NCBI GenBank assembly: GCA_965240325.2
Contig: OZ251230.1
Span: forward strand, 1,674,001-1,738,000
Source: Rebecca billardiae RCC1528
Taxonomy: Eukaryota > Protista > Haptophyta
Length of the DNA: 64,000 nucleotides
Direction of reading: 5' to 3'
Shown: piece by piece, positions 12,401 to 22,297 of the stretch
How the letters are laid out: each line of letters opens with the position of its first letter
Position numbering within the stretch: position 1 is the first letter of the stretch
The notes under the pieces: model-generated
What the model saw: the letters and a program-made list of their open reading frames with translations, nothing else
Told to the model about the DNA's origin: nothing
Database searches by the model: none
Made by a program: the position numbers and the translations under genes

Positions 12401-12833
12401 CACGCCACACCCACCGTCGCGGCTGCTGAGCTTGTCGCCCCGCCCCCGCTCGTGCGCGCGCAGCCAGCGGCTACACCGGCCTCATCATCGGCATGACGGG
12501 TGACCCGGCGGGCTGCGCAGATCGTGAGGTGCGCCGCGCGCGCGCGCGCGCGCACGGTATCGCACGCGCCGCGCGCGCGTCGCGCGCACCTCCCCGCCGC
12601 TGCCTGACTCGGCGTGCTCCCGCGCGCACGCTTGCCGCCGCCGCCGCCGACAGGCGTTTGAAGCCTCCGGGCTCGACGAGTGTGTCGACAAGGACACGGC
12701 CGGTATGGATCTGGTCGTGCAGCGCATCACCGAGCGCGCGCACAGCGCCGCGCTCATGTCAACACCGACTAGGAGCTCGCAGTGGAGCGACACTTCCTCC
12801 TCGTTCCACGAGCGCGACTTCAGTGAATCATGA
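9484..12833 (+). CDS. Membrane-bound hybrid histidine kinase (TM sensor, HisKA, HATPase_c, receiver); introns 12365..12463 and 12529..12653; start could be 9484, 9571 or 9646
   Basis: H-box MHDLRSPL, N-box RLQQCVHNGVSNALKFS, G1 VVDQGHGL, G2 GGTGLGLGI, receiver VLQVEDD...ILMDNQMPVMSG. Splicing adds RASGYTGLIIGMTG...GLDECVDK and a TGA stop at 12831..12833. Confidence 0.9.
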
Positions 12834-12889
12834 TCGGAGACGGAGCCGGACGAGATTTGTTACGCAGTAGCAACCGCGTCACTACTGTT

Positions 12890-12930
12890 GCCTGAGCTGT
12901 GTGCGTCTCTTAAATTCTTAGTAAACTGTA
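12890..12930 (+). repeat. ~48-nt dispersed repeat, copy 2 (5'-truncated)
   Basis: GCCTGAGCTGTGTGCGTCTCTTAAATTCTTAGTAAACTGTA. Confidence 0.85.
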
Positions 12931-13016
12931 TACGAACTGTGTACGCCCAATACATATTCTGAATGAGCATTCGGGAATTCGTCGGGATTTCGGCGTGACG
13001 GCGTCGTCTGTCAGAA

Positions 13017-13062
13017 CTCGCCTGCCTGAGCTGTGTGCGTCTCTTATTCTTAGTAAACTGTA
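13017..13062 (+). repeat. ~48-nt dispersed repeat, copy 3
   Basis: CTCGCCTGCCTGAGCTGTGTGCGTCTCTTATTCTTAGTAAACTGTA. Confidence 0.9.
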
Positions 13063-13908
13063 CTGTATGATATTCCTTCCGCTCGTTAGAACCCTGGGCT
13101 TATTACTTGCCAGCAGTCGCACGATGGCCCGGGAAGTCGTCGTGCTGTACGCCTAGTAACTAACGGTATAGGCGGCTTCACTACTACGAATAAGCAGCTG
13201 CTAAAATGTTGATGCATGCCGCGTCAAATCATCGTCATCGTGGCAGGTCGACGCTGCAGGATGCAGGTCGACCCGTCGCGGTCACGCACAAACGCTTTTC
13301 CTCGAGACTAGGGCGCGCCTACACTAGCTTACTGTGTATACGGAGCGTTGCGCCAGCTGGACAAACGCGAGGACCCAGCATCCAGGATCCTGGATGCTGG
13401 AGGGCCCTCGACGAGACCCGCCTTCAGATCAGGGCCCTCTCCCGCTGTGCCGCTTTCAGCGCACGCTCGGCCGGTGCAGCGGGCGACGTGTGCGCGCGCC
13501 GTGCTGCTCGCGGCGCGTGCACTTTGGCTAGCTGGCACACGACCCCTGACGGACAAGTCGAATAACCGCAGCTGGGATGCCCTTGCGAGCCGCAAGGACG
13601 AGTCCGAGGCCGGTCGCCGCGGCCGAGCGGCGTGGCCGTGCCGCCTGCACGCGGGGCGCCCATGAACGTGGCTTCGCCGCGCGCGCTGAGGCTGGCGAGC
13701 GTCGCGACCGAGTTCCACGACACGCTCGACGCGCCATCTGCCCGCTTCATTGCTTCCGACGCACGCCTTCTGCGGGCAGCGGCGACTCGCCCGCCCATGC
13801 GGTGGTGAGCCGCCATCCTCCGCGCTTTGCCGTTGGACACTTGGACAGAGCATCGGGGCAGTTCGTTCGATGCGCACCCGCCTGGCCGCCTTGTGCGGAT
13901 CGCCTTGT

Positions 13909-14985
13909 ATGGCCGCCGCCATCGCGTTCCCGCTGGCCGCGGGGGCCTTGGCCTTGCAAGCCGCGCCCCAGCCCCTGCCCGCCTTCGTGAAGCAATGCCC
14001 GATGCCGGCCACCGAGCTGATATTCAACTCGATCGTGGCAGGCCTCTTCCTCGAGCGTCGCATCCCCCGCGGGAGCGTCATCGACGCCGGCTGCCTCGAC
14101 GGCAAGTGGTCGTGCTTCTACGCGCAGCTTGACCACGCGCGAGCCGTGCATGCGTTCGACCCGCTCCCGGGGAACATCTACCGATTGATGACGCGCTACA
14201 AGATGCTGGACAACCTGCGCCCGCACCTGGGCGGGCTCTCGGACGTCGCCGAGATGCGGTATCCACCAGTTCGGCGCAGCAAGGTTGGACAGATCAATCT
14301 TGATACAGCGCCGATTGCGGGCAGCCCCGCCGCAAAGCGCGCCGCCCAGCTCGTGGGCGACGCTGGACCCACGCTGCCGATCTACCGGGTGGACGACTTT
14401 TTCGCGAACGAGACGGTGGGCTTTGCTCACTGGGACGTGGAGGGCTATGAGCGAAAGGTGCTTGGCGGCGCGCGGCAAATGATCCGCCGGGATTTGCCTG
14501 TGTTCTCTGTCGAGGTGCACGTGCACCTCGACCGGAGCTACAGCGTGGCTCTCTTGCGGGACATTGAGTCTCTGGACTACGACGCGTACCTCGTCGAGGA
14601 GCCCTGCGGCGTGCGCGCAGACTGCCGCAACCTGCTGTGCTTCCCGCGCGCGCGCGCACGCCTGTTCACTGGCAGCCCGACGCTCTCGTTGGCGTTGGCA
14701 TCGCGCACGCTGGTGCGCGTGACGTCGGAGTCCATCGTGTCGATGGCGTACCCGTGCTGCGCAAAAGGCGGCGCGTGCTGTCAGCAGAGGGGCAGCTGCT
14801 GCAACTTCAAAGCCGTGATTGGCTGGCGCGTGCAGCAGCTCGGCGGCCGGGAGGATCCGAGCGGCTTCTCGCTTGCCACGGTCTACAACCAGAACCAGAT
14901 AGCCAAGTTCCCGCAGCAGACCGACGTCAACAGCTTATTCGGCCCCCGTCCACCGGCCGCGGCCCCCGCCGTGCATGCTCCCTAG
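13909..14985 (+). CDS. FkbM-family SAM-dependent methyltransferase, copy 1 (signal peptide, intronless)
   Basis: VIDAGCLDG (motif I), VHAFDPLPGN, RVDDF, HWDVEGYERKVLGGA match the FkbM/Methyltransf_21 pattern. Confidence 0.8.
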   Translation: MAAAIAFPLAAGALALQAAPQPLPAFVKQCPMPATELIFNSIVAGLFLERRIPRGSVIDAGCLDGKWSCFYAQLDHARAVHAFDPLPGNIYRLMTRYKMLDNLRPHLGGLSDVAEMRYPPVRRSKVGQINLDTAPIAGSPAAKRAAQLVGDAGPTLPIYRVDDFFANETVGFAHWDVEGYERKVLGGARQMIRRDLPVFSVEVHVHLDRSYSVALLRDIESLDYDAYLVEEPCGVRADCRNLLCFPRARARLFTGSPTLSLALASRTLVRVTSESIVSMAYPCCAKGGACCQQRGSCCNFKAVIGWRVQQLGGREDPSGFSLATVYNQNQIAKFPQQTDVNSLFGPRPPAAAPAVHAP

Positions 14986-15938
14986 GGCGGGCCGCTCGCA
15001 TGCTCCCTCGGGCTCACGGGCCGCTCGATCGATTGCAGCGATGCCACCGTGGGGGCCGGTATCTACCGGTTCGCTCGACGCGCGCGGTCGCTCGATCGCA
15101 CCCACGGCACGGGCGCAAACGAGCGATCGCAACGCCGCTGGAAGCGCAGCAGCACACCGGCCGAGCTCGAGGCGTATTGCCGCGCCAACAGCGAGCGTGA
15201 GTGTGCGCGACCCCGCGGCAGGATGCCCGAAAAGCACTCGCGCAAGGACGGCTCGTGACCGTCGCGCCCGCGCGGCGCGCAACACCTGTCGAACGCCTTG
15301 CCTTCATGCACGGATGACCAGCACGCGAAGCTCCGCTTGTCGCGCGCGAGACGGATCGAACTCGGGCTGCGCACGCGCCTCACGTCCGACGTCCACAGCA
15401 TGCGCCGCCTTGGCAAGAAGAGCGCAAGGCCGCGCTGCACAACCGACGAGGCAATATTCTGACGATGACACTTTTCTGCACACGCGGCCCACTGGCAGCA
15501 GAATCAACATTTACTCATCAAAAATGGCCACCACAATTCACAGAGATGCTCGTCATCAGCAGCTATGCCGCGCCGACACAAAAACACCGTAGCAGTCTGC
15601 TGCTTGATGTATACATTATTTTTCCACCATACTCACACTCGCGACCGCGACCGCTCAGCAGTGAGGCGGAGGTAACGGGGTAACAAGGCTATTTACCAGG
15701 ACGACGACGACAGGTCCCGGAGGCCCGCTACAAAAACAGTAGGTTTCTAGCCAAAGTTGCAGCGGAGCTTCAGCCCAGGAGCAATGAATATAAATCCTCG
15801 CTCATTAGTCAGCACGTGCGCGCGCGGCAAAGTCGTCGTCTGCATCGGTACGTAGCAGAGTCGGCGACGCTGGCCACTGACCGCTATCATTGCAGTATAT
15901 CAACGCTGAAGTAATTAATAATATATATATATATATAT

Positions 15939-15986
15939 AGTTTACTAAGACAAAGAGACTCAGCACACAGCTCAGGCAGGCGAGAT
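15939..15986 (-). repeat. ~48-nt dispersed repeat, copy 4 (reverse strand, abutting a (TA)n tract)
   Basis: Reverse complement ATCTCGCCTGCCTGAGCTGTGTGCTGAGTCTCTTTGTCTTAGTAAACT. Confidence 0.85.
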
Positions 15987-16250
15987 TGACGCCCGCCAAC
16001 TGTCACCGCCCGTGAAGCCGTCGCCGACGGTAGCGCCGTCGGAACAAGGTCGGCATTCAGCCGTAGTCGTGAAGCTGCCGCCGGCGTACAAAAGACACAG
16101 TGCGCAGTGGCGGCTGCAACTCAATTACTAGTCTCGATCTGTGACGACAATGACCGTCCAAGAAAGGAATACGTCGTCATACGAAGGGGGAGCGGTGCAG
16201 CCAATATTTCTTTGGTGCAGCCGCGGCAGCCCTGCGCACCCGTTGGACTC

Positions 16251-17327
16251 ATGGCCGCCATTTTCTTCGCGTTCCCGCTGGCCGCGGGGGCCTTGGCCTT
16301 GCAAGCCGCGCCCCAGCCCCTGCCCGCCTTCGTGAAGCAATGCCCGATGCCGGCCACCGAGCTGATATTCAACTCGATCGTGGCAGGCCTCTTCCTCGAG
16401 CGTCGCATCCCCCGCGGGAGCGTCATCGACGCCGGCTGCCTCGACGGCAAGTGGTCGTGCTTCTACGCGCAGCTTGACCACGCGCGAGCCGTGCATGCGT
16501 TCGACCCGCTCCCGGGGAACATTGCCATGGTAAATAATCGCTACAAGATGCTGGACAACCTGCGCCCGCACGTGGGCGGGCTCTCGGACGTCGCCGAGAT
16601 GCGGTACCCACCAGTTCGGCGCAGCAAGGTTGGACAGATCCGTCTTGATACAGCGCCGATTGCGGGCAGCCCCGCCGCAAAGCGCGCCGCCCAGCTCGTG
16701 GGCGACGCTGGACCCACGCTGCCGATCTACCGGGTGGACGACTTCTTCGCGAACGAGACGGTGGGCTTTGCTCACTGGGACGTGGAGGGCTATGAGCGAA
16801 AGGTGCTTGGCGGCGCGCGGCAAATGATCCGCCGGGATTTGCCTGTGTTCTCTGTCGAGGTGCACGTGCACCTCGACCGGAGCTACAGCGTGGCTCTCTT
16901 GCGGGACATTGAGTCTCTGGACTACGACGCGTACCTCGTCGAGGAGCCCTGCGGCGTGCGCGCAGACTGCCGCAACCTGCTGTGCTTCCCGCGCGCGCGC
17001 GCACGCCTGTTCACTGGCAGCCCGACGCTCTCGTTGGCGTTGGCATCGCGCACGCTGGTGCGCGTGACGTCGGAGTCCATCGTGTCGATGGCGTACCCGT
17101 GCTGCGCAAAAGGCGGCGCGTGCTGCAAGAAGGGTAGCTGCTGCAACTTCAAAGCCGTGATTGGCTGGCGCGTGCAGCAGCTCAGCGGCCGGGAGGATCC
17201 GAGCGGCTTCTCGCTCGCCACGTTCTATAACCAGAACCAGATAGCCAAGTTCCCGCAGCAGACCGACGTCAACAGCTTATTCGGCACCCGTCCACCGGCC
17301 GCGGCCCCCGCCGTGCATGCTCCGTAG
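16251..17327 (+). CDS. FkbM-family SAM-dependent methyltransferase, copy 2
   Basis: Near-identical to 13909..14985, with the same motifs. Confidence 0.8.
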   Translation: MAAIFFAFPLAAGALALQAAPQPLPAFVKQCPMPATELIFNSIVAGLFLERRIPRGSVIDAGCLDGKWSCFYAQLDHARAVHAFDPLPGNIAMVNNRYKMLDNLRPHVGGLSDVAEMRYPPVRRSKVGQIRLDTAPIAGSPAAKRAAQLVGDAGPTLPIYRVDDFFANETVGFAHWDVEGYERKVLGGARQMIRRDLPVFSVEVHVHLDRSYSVALLRDIESLDYDAYLVEEPCGVRADCRNLLCFPRARARLFTGSPTLSLALASRTLVRVTSESIVSMAYPCCAKGGACCKKGSCCNFKAVIGWRVQQLSGREDPSGFSLATFYNQNQIAKFPQQTDVNSLFGTRPPAAAPAVHAP

Positions 17328-17713
17328 CGTAGGATTACAGTGTACGTGATGCTGCGCTACTACGTCGCGTACGTATAGTTAATAGTATATATATATATAT
17401 ACTATTTATAGTAATAATAATATAAGACGATCGCGGCGGTAATCGCCACCCGAGCGGCACGGCAGATGACGACGACTCGACAGGAGTCATGACGACGCGC
17501 GACGACATAAATATAAAATAACGAGGAGACACTTGAATGCTGCAAGGGACCCGACGGTCCGGAGGCGGTCCGGAGACCGGACTCTGTCCGGAGGCGGAGC
17601 ACGCAGTGCACTGAGTGACTGGAGCCGGGGGGAAAGTCAACGTGATTTACAGGCGAAGGTTCAAGGCGGTAACTATACAGTATACTTCCCCCATAACCGA
17701 ACGGTTATAGAAC

Positions 17714-19479
17714 AAACAATTATATATATATATTACGTATAAATTATAATTGTCATCGCATGTCAAAATCGCAGCCTGCTCAGACTGAGGTTCAAAACAA
17801 TTATGGCCCGCGGTGCAGGGCGGAACGCGCAGCGTGGAGCCCGCTCCGTGGGCCCTAACCACGTTTCAAAAAGATCTTTGATCAAGAAAAAAGGGACGGG
17901 GGGCGATTTTTAGGGCTGGCGGTGACCGAGTTTCGATTTTTGAGACCCTCTCTACACATGCATTACGGAGAAATAACCGCGTCCACGACATTCCCCTATT
18001 CAATCGATGGACGGGACGTGAGCGGCCGTGACTTTAACGTAACGGTTCGTTACGAGCGATTTAGTTTGATAGTGAGATTGCCGCGAACCGATGTGCTGAC
18101 AATGTACGTCCCTGCTTGAATCAGTTGATCAACTATTCAATCGCGCCCTATCTGTATCAGGAGCCGACAAGGCAAGGGTCAGTAGCAGAGGGCCCAAGCT
18201 CGGCGTATATCTCAATACTATCTGACGCGAACGGACTTGGTTGGGCGCGCGCGCGGCCCCGGGCGGCGGCCCACCAGAGGCGGCCCGCGTTTGGAGGCGA
18301 GCCACGGGCACGAGGCTCACGAGCGACCGACGGGTGAGGACGGCGATGGGCAGGTGCGCGCGGCGAATGGCGCCTGGAGCGCGCGGCTGCGGCGGGTCCC
18401 GACTGCCGTCGACATCGCGTTCGTCGTGCCCCCGCTCACTCCGCGCGCCCCCGCCGCCCCTGCCGCCCTGTCGATGCCTCGGCGCGGCCTTGCGCGGCCC
18501 CGGCGCGTCCGCGAGCCGGCGCCGCAGCCGCCGCCCTGTGTTCGGGCTCTCGCAAGCTCGGGGGCAGCGGCGCCTGATGCCGGACTGATCGATCTCTGAG
18601 CCTTCGACTTCACCACGCGCCGCCCTTGCCATGCCTTTCCGGGGTCTCCCATCTGGAACTCTTCTTGATTGAGAGAGAGCAGGCGCGCCGACGATCCGAG
18701 TCCATCGTCGGTCGACTCTGAGCGAGGGCTACGCCTCGGAACTGAACGGTACTCTACGAGGAGGACGAGCTGCGCGGGCGACGGTGGTGCGTGACGTCCC
18801 CAGAGCTGGCCGTGCCTCTGCAACGCGTGCCGAGCCTGATCGAGGTGTGTCAGCTGCCCGTGCACGCGCGGCGAGTGCGCGAACCGGATCACCGGTGCCC
18901 TCGCACCTCGGCACCGTGCTCCCTCGGGCTGTCAGCTCCGCGTGGCCTGGCGTGCACGTAGAGTTGCGCTCATGCGTCGATCACGCCTCGCGCCCGCCTG
19001 TCGGCCGTCGCGCAGGCGCTGGTCGAACCCTACTCGGACCAGTGCATCATCCCGGGCGCTGCCGGCGCGGGGGGTGACCCCGGGGACAGCGGTCAGCAGC
19101 AGCGGCCCGAACGAATCCGCGGCCCCGCACCGTGCTCCCTGGCTGTCAGCTCCGCGTGGCCTGGTGTGCACGTGGAGTCGCGCTCATGCGTCGATCACGC
19201 CTCGTCGCATCCGCCTGTACACAATCGGCGCCGCCGCCGGCGGCTGCAATGGGCCCGCCCGGCGCGGCGGGCGGCGGCGCGCCGCTGGAGTCTAGTTGTA
19301 CGGGCATATGCAACTGGTCTGTCAATAGACGACTGCGACGGAGGGTGCACCGCCACCGCGGGCCCTGAACTACGTTCGTTCTACGGAAAAGGACCGCGGA
19401 ACGCGGTCATATATATATTACGTATAAATTATAATTGTCATCGCATGTCAAAATCGCAGCCTGCTCAGACTGAGGTTCA
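17714..19479. repeat. ~81-bp tandem duplication; copy 1 = 17714..17794 (empty), copy 2 = 17795..17804 + 19409..19479, split by element A1
   Basis: AAACAATTAT-ATATATATATTACGTATAAATTATAATTGTCATCGCATGTCAAAATCGCAGCCTGCTCAGACTGAGGTTCA occurs once intact and once interrupted. Confidence 0.85.
17805..19408 (+). mobile_element. Non-autonomous Helitron2/Helentron-like element A1
   Basis: 5' GGCCCGCGGTGCAGGGC terminus shared with A2/A3, sub-terminal inverted copy CACCGCGGGCC near the 3' end, 3' hairpin GACCGCG-GAA-CGCGGTC, no TSD versus the empty site. Confidence 0.75.
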
Positions 19480-19667
19480 GGACGACGCGGTGCTGCCGGT
19501 GCTCATGCTGCAGCTGGTCAGACCAGTGCGGGCAGTGGTCAGTCAGCTTGAGCTGGTCACGCGCCCGCAGGCTGGTGCACCGCGAGTCCGAGGGCTACTG
19601 TATAGCAGTGGGACTATTTAAGATTGATCTGAATTCCGCGCGTACAGTAGTCGTTAATCGTCGTTAT

Positions 19668-21700
19668 GGCCCGCGGTGCAGGGCGGAGCGCGCAGCGTGG
19701 AGCCCGCACCAGCGGGCCCGAACCACGTTTCAAAAAGATCTTTGATCAAGAAAAAAGGGACGGGGGGCGATTTTTAGGGCTGGCGGAGACCGAGTTTCGA
19801 GTTTTTGAGATCGCATAGAGAGGTCTATTAGGCCGAAAAAAAGCGCGTCCAGCTGATTCCCTTATTCCTTAAGTGAAGTGCGATCTGGACGTCAGCTGGA
19901 CGTGACATTAGTGTAACGGTTCGTTACGAGCGCGATTTTAAGTATGAGATTGCCGCCAACCGCCAACCGATAAAAACGGCAAGGCAAGGGCTCGGGAAAC
20001 TTGATCACTTCTAAATGTGAATAGTAAAATGCTCTCCCCGAGCGCGCCTGTCGCCTCGCAGGCCGCGCGTCTCGCCCTCTCGCTCGCTCTCCCCGAGCGA
20101 GGCTGAGCTCGCGGCCCGCCTGTCACCTCGCAGGCGCGCGCCACGGACACATGCGCGACGAGATCGCGGCGGGGGCGGCGAGATCGCGGCGGGGGCGACG
20201 GGCAACAACCTGCCCGCGGGCGCGTTCGTCACTCGAGGAGCAGCGCGCAAGGGCGAGCCGAGTCCGGAGCACGCGAGCTCGTCGCTCGCCGACCGGAGCA
20301 GAGCGCGCCGCCCGCCGCCGCCGAGCGAGCGGCGCGGCAGAGCTGATGAGCCGGATGCGCCCGGAGCTCGCGCGGCTGAAGGGCGAGCTCGAGCACGCGA
20401 GCTCGCGCCTCGACGCCGAGCCCGAGCTCCTCCTCAACTCGGTCGACGGCGGCGCGGAGGTCCGGCAGCAGCGTGAGGACTCACAGACAGTGTGAGTGAG
20501 CCGCGCGCAGCTCAGCCTGCCGCTGGCAGCCGCCGTCTTCGAGGCCGACGCGGCGGAGGAGGCGGCGGGCGACGAGATCGCGGCGGGGGCGGCGAGATCG
20601 CGGCGGGGGCGACGGGCAACAACCTGCCCGCGGGCGCGTTCGTCACTCGAGGAGCAGCGCGCAAGGGCGAGCCGAGTCCGGAGCACGCGAGCTCGTCGCT
20701 CGCCGACCGGAGCAGAGCGCGCCGCCCGCCGCCGCCGAGCGAGCGGCGCGGCAGAGCTGATGAGCCGGATGCGCCCGGAGCTCGCGCGGCTGAAGGGCGA
20801 GCTCGAGCACGCGAGCTCGCGCCTCGACGCCGAGCGCGAGCTCCTCCTCAACTCGGTCGACGGCGGCGCGGAGGTCCGGCAGCAGCGTGAGGACTCACAG
20901 ACAGTGTGAGTGAGCCGCGCGCAGCTCAGCCTGCCGCTGGCAGCCGCCGTCTTCGAGGCCGACGCGGCGGAGGAGGCGGCGGGCGAGCACGGCGGCGCGG
21001 TGGAGCAGGCGCGCACGCGCGGCGGCAGGCGCGACGCGCCGCTCGCCTCGTTCCACCGCCCCGAGCTCCGCTCGGTCGGTCTCGGTGCGCGGCTGCGCAG
21101 CCGGCAGGCCGGCGGGCCAGCAGTCTGCAGTGGCGCGCGCTCTCGCTCTGCCGGCACGAGGCGTGCCGGCTGAGCGACCAGCGGCCCGTCGTCGAGCGCA
21201 TGGCGCAGGGCGAGTACCTCAAGCAGGTGCGCCCGCTCGCGCGCACGCGCCGGCTCGCGACCAGCGGCCCTTCGTCGAGCGCATGGCGCAGCGCGAGCAC
21301 CTTGCAAGCAAGCTGAAGGTAAATCAGACTGAAGCAGGTGCGCCCGCACGCGCGCACGCGCCGGCCCGGCGCCGCGCGGCGCCTCTCGCCCTCTCGCCCT
21401 GCGCGCGCCGCCGCCCCGCTTCCCCGCGCGGCCCGTCCGCTCCGCGCCTCTCGCCCTGCGAGCGCGCCGCCCCGCTTCCCCGCGCGGCCCGTCCGCTGGT
21501 GTCCCATGCCACCCTTGGCCGTGCGCGCCCGCATACTCGCGCCGAGTCCGAGACTCGGTCTCGGGTCTGACTCTCCCTCTCAGAGTGGCTGAACTGTCTT
21601 TCTGACTCGGACTGACTGACTCGTCAGTCTCATTCTCAACCACTGCGCCGCGGGCCCCGAACTGCGTTGGTTCTACGGAAAAGGACCGCGGAACGCGGTC
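19668..21700 (+). mobile_element. Non-autonomous Helitron2/Helentron-like element A2
   Basis: Same termini as A1. 5' stem GGCCCGC-GGTGC...GCACC-A-GCGGGCC, 3' ATIR CTGCGCCGCGGGCC, 3' hairpin. Near-identical to 30684..32707 in opposite orientation. Confidence 0.8.
20156..20985 (+). repeat. 414-bp tandem duplication inside A2 (mirrored at ~31384..32212 in A3)
   Basis: ORFs 20151..20495 and 20496..20909 repeat the same peptide with a 414-nt offset. Confidence 0.9.
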
Positions 21701-21933
21701 ATATTATTATAATACGCGACGATGACTAGCTAGAATTGACTCAGTTTCGTCATTGCTCATTGCTGCTACATTAGCTTCGTACAGTACAGTAGTGCCAGCT
21801 GACTTCGGAGTCAGTGACAGTCGTACTATGAATTGAGTATGATAGAATTATGGCGCACGCCCCCCCCGAAAGGTCTGAGCGTGAGCGAAAGCCGGGGGGG
21901 GCGGCGCACGTGCTCCGCAAAATCAAAAAAGAG

Positions 21934-22197
21934 TGTCAAGATCCAACGTTACCCGGACTCGCTCTCCCGTGCGTACACACCCGGATCACCAACCGTCACA
22001 CTACACCAGACTACACCGACATTCATTATTCTTAGATGGTTCGGGATTCCTTCCTCGCCAGGGCAGTTCAGTTCCGTGTCGCTTCATCGCTTCACCGCAC
22101 CTCGAGTCGAACTCCCAACTCCTCGTCGTCCGCACCGACGAGCCTCAGCGTCACGCCTCGGGCCTCACGGCCCCGTCGCTCTCTTCACCCTTTGACA
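21934..22197 (+). repeat. 5' LTR (264 bp)
   Basis: TGTCAAGATCC...CCCTTTGACA; lacks 79 bp present in the 3' LTR. Confidence 0.95.
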
Positions 22198-22214
22198 TGG
22201 TGGAGCCGCGGGGT
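22198..22214 (+). promoter_or_regulatory. Primer binding site (TGGTGGAGCCGCGGGGT; tRNA-Ala-like 3' end); variant second copy at 22299..22315
   Basis: Immediately follows the LTR CA. TGGTGGAG is complementary to the CTCCACCA 3' end typical of tRNA-Ala. Confidence 0.65.
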
Positions 22215-22297
22215 CCCAACTCCTCGTCGTCCGCACCGACGAGCCTCAGCGACACGCCTCGGGCCTCACGGCCCCGTCGCTCTCTTCACCCTTTGAC

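Noticed and set aside
12890-13062. Two nearby 48-nt repeats as a CRISPR-like array
   Set aside because: Only two adjacent copies, the others dispersed on both strands; eukaryotic context and no cas genes.
17724-19479. 71-bp target-site duplication around A1
   Set aside because: The extra AAACAATTAT before the element shows an 81-bp tandem duplication with the element inside copy 2, not a TSD.
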